Assembly: GCA_036390175.1 (NCBI GenBank) | Contig: DASWCG010000080.1 | Location: forward strand, 1-44,036 | Origin: Candidatus Acidiferrales bacterium | GTDB lineage: Bacteria; Acidobacteriota; Terriglobia; Acidiferrales; UBA7541 | Direction of reading: 5' to 3' | Length of the DNA: 44,036 nt | In this document: positions 41,634 to 44,036 of the stretch, piece after piece | How the letters are laid out: the number at the start of each line of letters is the position of its first letter | Position numbering within the stretch: position 1 is the first letter of the stretch | Notes under the pieces: model-generated | What the model was told of the DNA's origin: nothing | Databases searched by the model: none | Seen by the model: only the letters and a program-made list of their open reading frames with translations | Position numbers and translations under genes: made by a program

Positions 41634-42125
41634 ATGAGCCCCGTCATCCGCACGCTCATTTTCACAATTTTCGCGCCCGGATTTTGGACCGTCCTGATGC
41701 CGTATTGGCTGGTGCCTCGCGGCGCGCATGCAGACCTGCGCGGCTGGGGAGCGCTCGGGCTGCCGCTGATCGCCGGCGGCGCCGCGCTCTACGCCACATG
41801 CGCTTTTTGGGCCTTCGCCAGGCTCGGACGGGGAACGCCGGCGCCGTTTGACCCGCCGCGCCGATTGGTTGTCGAAGGGCCGTACCGGTTCGTGCGCAAT
41901 CCGATGTATTGGGGCGTCGGGTCGGTCCTGGCAGGAGAAGCCATGCTGTTTCATTCGCGGTCGCTGCTCGTGACGGCCGCGGGCTTCCTTCTCGCCACGC
42001 ACTTGTTTGTCCTGTTCTACGAGGAGCCCACGCTGCGGCGGAAATTTGGGGCAGAATATGAAGAGTATTGCCGGGCGGTGCCGCGCTGGCTGCCGCGGCG
42101 ACTGCTTCCGGGCAAGGCGAAGTGA
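41634..42125 (+). CDS. ICMT/PEMT-family membrane methyltransferase
   Basis: Four or five TM helices. The signature is LVVEGPYRFVRNPMYWG...LFYEEPTLRRKFGAEYEEYCRAVPRW. Confidence 0.8.
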   Translation: MSPVIRTLIFTIFAPGFWTVLMPYWLVPRGAHADLRGWGALGLPLIAGGAALYATCAFWAFARLGRGTPAPFDPPRRLVVEGPYRFVRNPMYWGVGSVLAGEAMLFHSRSLLVTAAGFLLATHLFVLFYEEPTLRRKFGAEYEEYCRAVPRWLPRRLLPGKAK

Positions 42126-42131
42126 AATTCC

Positions 42132-43022
42132 ATGCGCTTCGACATCATTACGATTTTTCCGGAGTTTTTCGAGGGGCCGCTCGACTACGGGATTGTGCGC
42201 CGGGCGCGCGAGGCGGGCCTGGTGGAAGTCGCGGTGCACGATTTGCGCGGGTTCACGCGCGACCGCCACCGCACCGTGGACGACCGTCCGTTTGGCGGCG
42301 GCGAAGGAATGGTGCTGAAGCCCGAGCCGCTGTTCGAGGCTACCGAGGCTCTGCTGGAAAAAAAACTTAACACGGAGGGCACAAAGCACACGGAGAAGAT
42401 CCTGAGAAAAAAATCTAAAGCTGAAGGCCCAGAGCGCGCGGAGAAGATAGCGGTCATCTTGCTTTCCGCGTCGGGAAAACTTTTCCGGCAGGAGACCGCG
42501 CGGAGATACGCGACGCTCGAACGAATCATTCTTCTTTGCGGGCGCTATGAAGGCGTGGACGAACGCGTCGCCGAGCATCTCGCCACGGAAGAAATTTCCA
42601 TCGGCGATTACGTGCTGACCGGCGGGGAACTTCCCGCGGCGCTGATTGTGGACGCGGTCACGCGGCTGCAGCCGGGCGCGCTGGGGAACGAGGCGTCCGC
42701 CATCCAGGAATCCTTCAGCGAGACACAGACGGCGCGGGAGGAGGGCGAGATCCGGAAGAATATCTCCACGCCTTCGGCTGCCCGCGAGAAGCTCTCGAAG
42801 ATGTACGAGTCGCTCCTGGTTTCTCATGACATGACCGGATCTCGGGGCCTGCTCGATTTTCCGCATTACACGCGTCCGGCGGAATACCGCGGCTGGGCCG
42901 TGCCGGAGGTTCTGCTGGGCGGCAACCACGAGGAAATCCGCCGCTGGCGCCGGCAGAAGGCGCTGGAGAAAACCCTGCGCAACCGCCCCGACCTGCTGGG
43001 AGAGCTGACCGTCGTCAGCTAA
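42132..43022 (+). CDS. trmD: tRNA (guanine37-N1)-methyltransferase, with two insertions
   Basis: Contains [59 protein letters not shown] and [10 protein letters not shown]. The product is 296 aa, against roughly 230-255 aa for typical TrmD. Confidence 0.95.
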   Translation: MRFDIITIFPEFFEGPLDYGIVRRAREAGLVEVAVHDLRGFTRDRHRTVDDRPFGGGEGMVLKPEPLFEATEALLEKKLNTEGTKHTEKILRKKSKAEGPERAEKIAVILLSASGKLFRQETARRYATLERIILLCGRYEGVDERVAEHLATEEISIGDYVLTGGELPAALIVDAVTRLQPGALGNEASAIQESFSETQTAREEGEIRKNISTPSAAREKLSKMYESLLVSHDMTGSRGLLDFPHYTRPAEYRGWAVPEVLLGGNHEEIRRWRRQKALEKTLRNRPDLLGELTVVS

Positions 43023-43075
43023 CGTATCTCGACACAGTCGGCGCAGGCGTCGAGCCGCCCCACTCCAAGCAGATC

Positions 43076-44035
43076 TCACTGCACGGTGAGCGGCACAGTG
43101 GTTGAGCTGCTCAGACCACCGCTTGTGCCGGTGATAGTGATGATGTAGTTGCCGCTAGCCGGTTTCTTTGACGTCTGGATGGTCAGAGTCGCTGACCCCG
43201 ATCCCACTACCGACGTGGGGCTGAAGGTCGCCGTAGAGCGCGGCGGCAATCCGCTGGCGCTGAACGTCACCGTACCGTTGAAATTTCCGCTGGCAGTCGC
43301 GGTCACTGTATCGCTGGTCTGACTGCCACGCGAAACGGGATTGGGAGCAAAAGGAGTGGCCGAAAGCGTAAAGCTTCCGTTCAAATTGACGACCAGGGTG
43401 GCGGTGGTGGAATGAGCGGGCGCTCCCGTGCCGTCCGTCCCCGTGATGATAAGCGTGTAGCTGCCGGCTGGCGTCGTGGGACTCGTCCCGACCGTGAGGG
43501 TAGATGAACCAGGGGGGACCAGAGAGGCGGGGCTGAAGCCGGCGCTGGCTCCAGACGGCAATCCGCTGGCAGTCAGGTTCACCGTCCCGGTGTACCCGTT
43601 GGAAGGAGCAAGATTTACCGTGTATGTCGCATTGGTCCCAGGGTCCGCTGTAACCGACGAGGGCGTGGCGGCGATGGAGAAGTCCGGCACAGGCGCGGCA
43701 CCGCAGGAAGGGAACTTGAACGTGGCGATGCGGGTGCTCCAGTTAAACGTGCCGTTGGCCTGCAAATATTCATTCGTGTACCAGAAGGTGCAATCATCCA
43801 CGGGATCAACGCTCATGCCGCTGTAGTCGCCCCAGCGATTCAAATTGGGCAACTGCGATCCCGCGCCCTCGATGATGCTGGTTTCCGTCTGTAAAGTATT
43901 CAGGGCATCCGTGGGTGCGCGGCCCGCGTAGCGGATTGCCGGACTCATGGCGCTGCTCGAGACGCTGTAGCCCACCGCGAGGTCGCCGACATTGTCCATG
44001 GCGAGACTGCCCATCCAACGAAAGCTCGAGTCGGG
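43076..44035 (-). CDS. secreted beta-propeller (BNR/sialidase-like last blades) protein with tandem Ig-like domains; the N-terminus lies beyond the window
   Basis: The frame stays open upstream of the listed Met to the window edge (PDSSFRW-MGSLAMDN). Contains RWGDYSGMSVDPVDDCTFWYTNEY. Three roughly 90 aa repeats follow, of the pattern ATPSSVTADPGTNATYTVNL...GTVNLTASGLP... Confidence 0.75.
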   Translation of the reverse strand, partial: PDSSFRWMGSLAMDNVGDLAVGYSVSSSAMSPAIRYAGRAPTDALNTLQTETSIIEGAGSQLPNLNRWGDYSGMSVDPVDDCTFWYTNEYLQANGTFNWSTRIATFKFPSCGAAPVPDFSIAATPSSVTADPGTNATYTVNLAPSNGYTGTVNLTASGLPSGASAGFSPASLVPPGSSTLTVGTSPTTPAGSYTLIITGTDGTGAPAHSTTATLVVNLNGSFTLSATPFAPNPVSRGSQTSDTVTATASGNFNGTVTFSASGLPPRSTATFSPTSVVGSGSATLTIQTSKKPASGNYIITITGTSGGLSSSTTVPLTVQ

Positions 44036-44036
44036 G

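Noticed and set aside
41376-43079. 567 aa minus-strand ORF spanning rimM, the ICMT-like gene and trmD
   Set aside because: It is antisense to three well-supported genes. Its composition is Arg/Pro/Ala-rich and it has no recognisable domain. It is a shadow ORF.
1-44036. Search by eye for CRISPR arrays, rRNA, tRNA or tmRNA genes and long dispersed repeats
   Set aside because: I found no regularly spaced direct repeats, no rRNA-like conserved blocks and no cloverleaf candidates in intergenic regions. This absence comes from visual inspection only and should be confirmed with tRNAscan-SE, Infernal and a CRISPR finder.

Overview
This is a 44 kb high-GC bacterial chromosomal segment. The gene content suggests an Acidobacteriota-like organism (inference): futalosine menaquinone genes, a GWxTD protein, a CarboxypepD_reg-type TonB-dependent receptor, and Ser/Thr-kinase and HTH proteins fused to TPR arrays. 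About 45 protein-coding genes are supportable. I saw no rRNA, tRNA or CRISPR array by eye.

Layout:
- 1-27.1 kb is mostly housekeeping and envelope genes. In order: NHL protein, M48 protease, COG1579 protein plus RNase HI, a higBA-2-like toxin-antitoxin pair, mqnA-mqnC, glmM, an AI-2E transporter, DinB, a kinase-TPR protein, thiE, a large TPR protein, a methyltransferase, a rhomboid protease, selD, a frameshifted YdjM-like hydrolase, and jag-yidC-yidD-rnpA-rpmH.
- 27.1-39.0 kb is a compositionally lower-GC accessory block. It is bounded by gene remnants: a cupredoxin C-terminal fragment on the left and a DDE transposase C-terminal fragment on the right. It holds a secreted cupin, an HTH-TPR regulator, an outer-membrane barrel plus a small Cys-containing secreted protein, a TonB-dependent receptor and a GWxTD protein.
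- 39.0-44.0 kb is the ffh-rpsP-khpA-rimM-trmD cluster. An ICMT-like membrane methyltransferase is inserted between rimM and trmD, and rplS is absent from its usual position.

Most notable points:
- selD is encoded with an in-frame TGA (selenocysteine) plus a downstream hairpin, so the ORF track splits it.
- TrmD carries two lineage-specific insertions.
- A terminator-like hairpin sits in the leader of the rhomboid gene.
- RNase HI is fused to an AF2212/DUF104-like tail.
- An uncharacterised two-gene outer-membrane module lies next to the TonB receptor.

I do not recognise a clear-cut novel multi-gene system such as a defence island. The candidates listed are modest and need database checks. 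The many long ORFs antisense to real genes are high-GC shadow ORFs.
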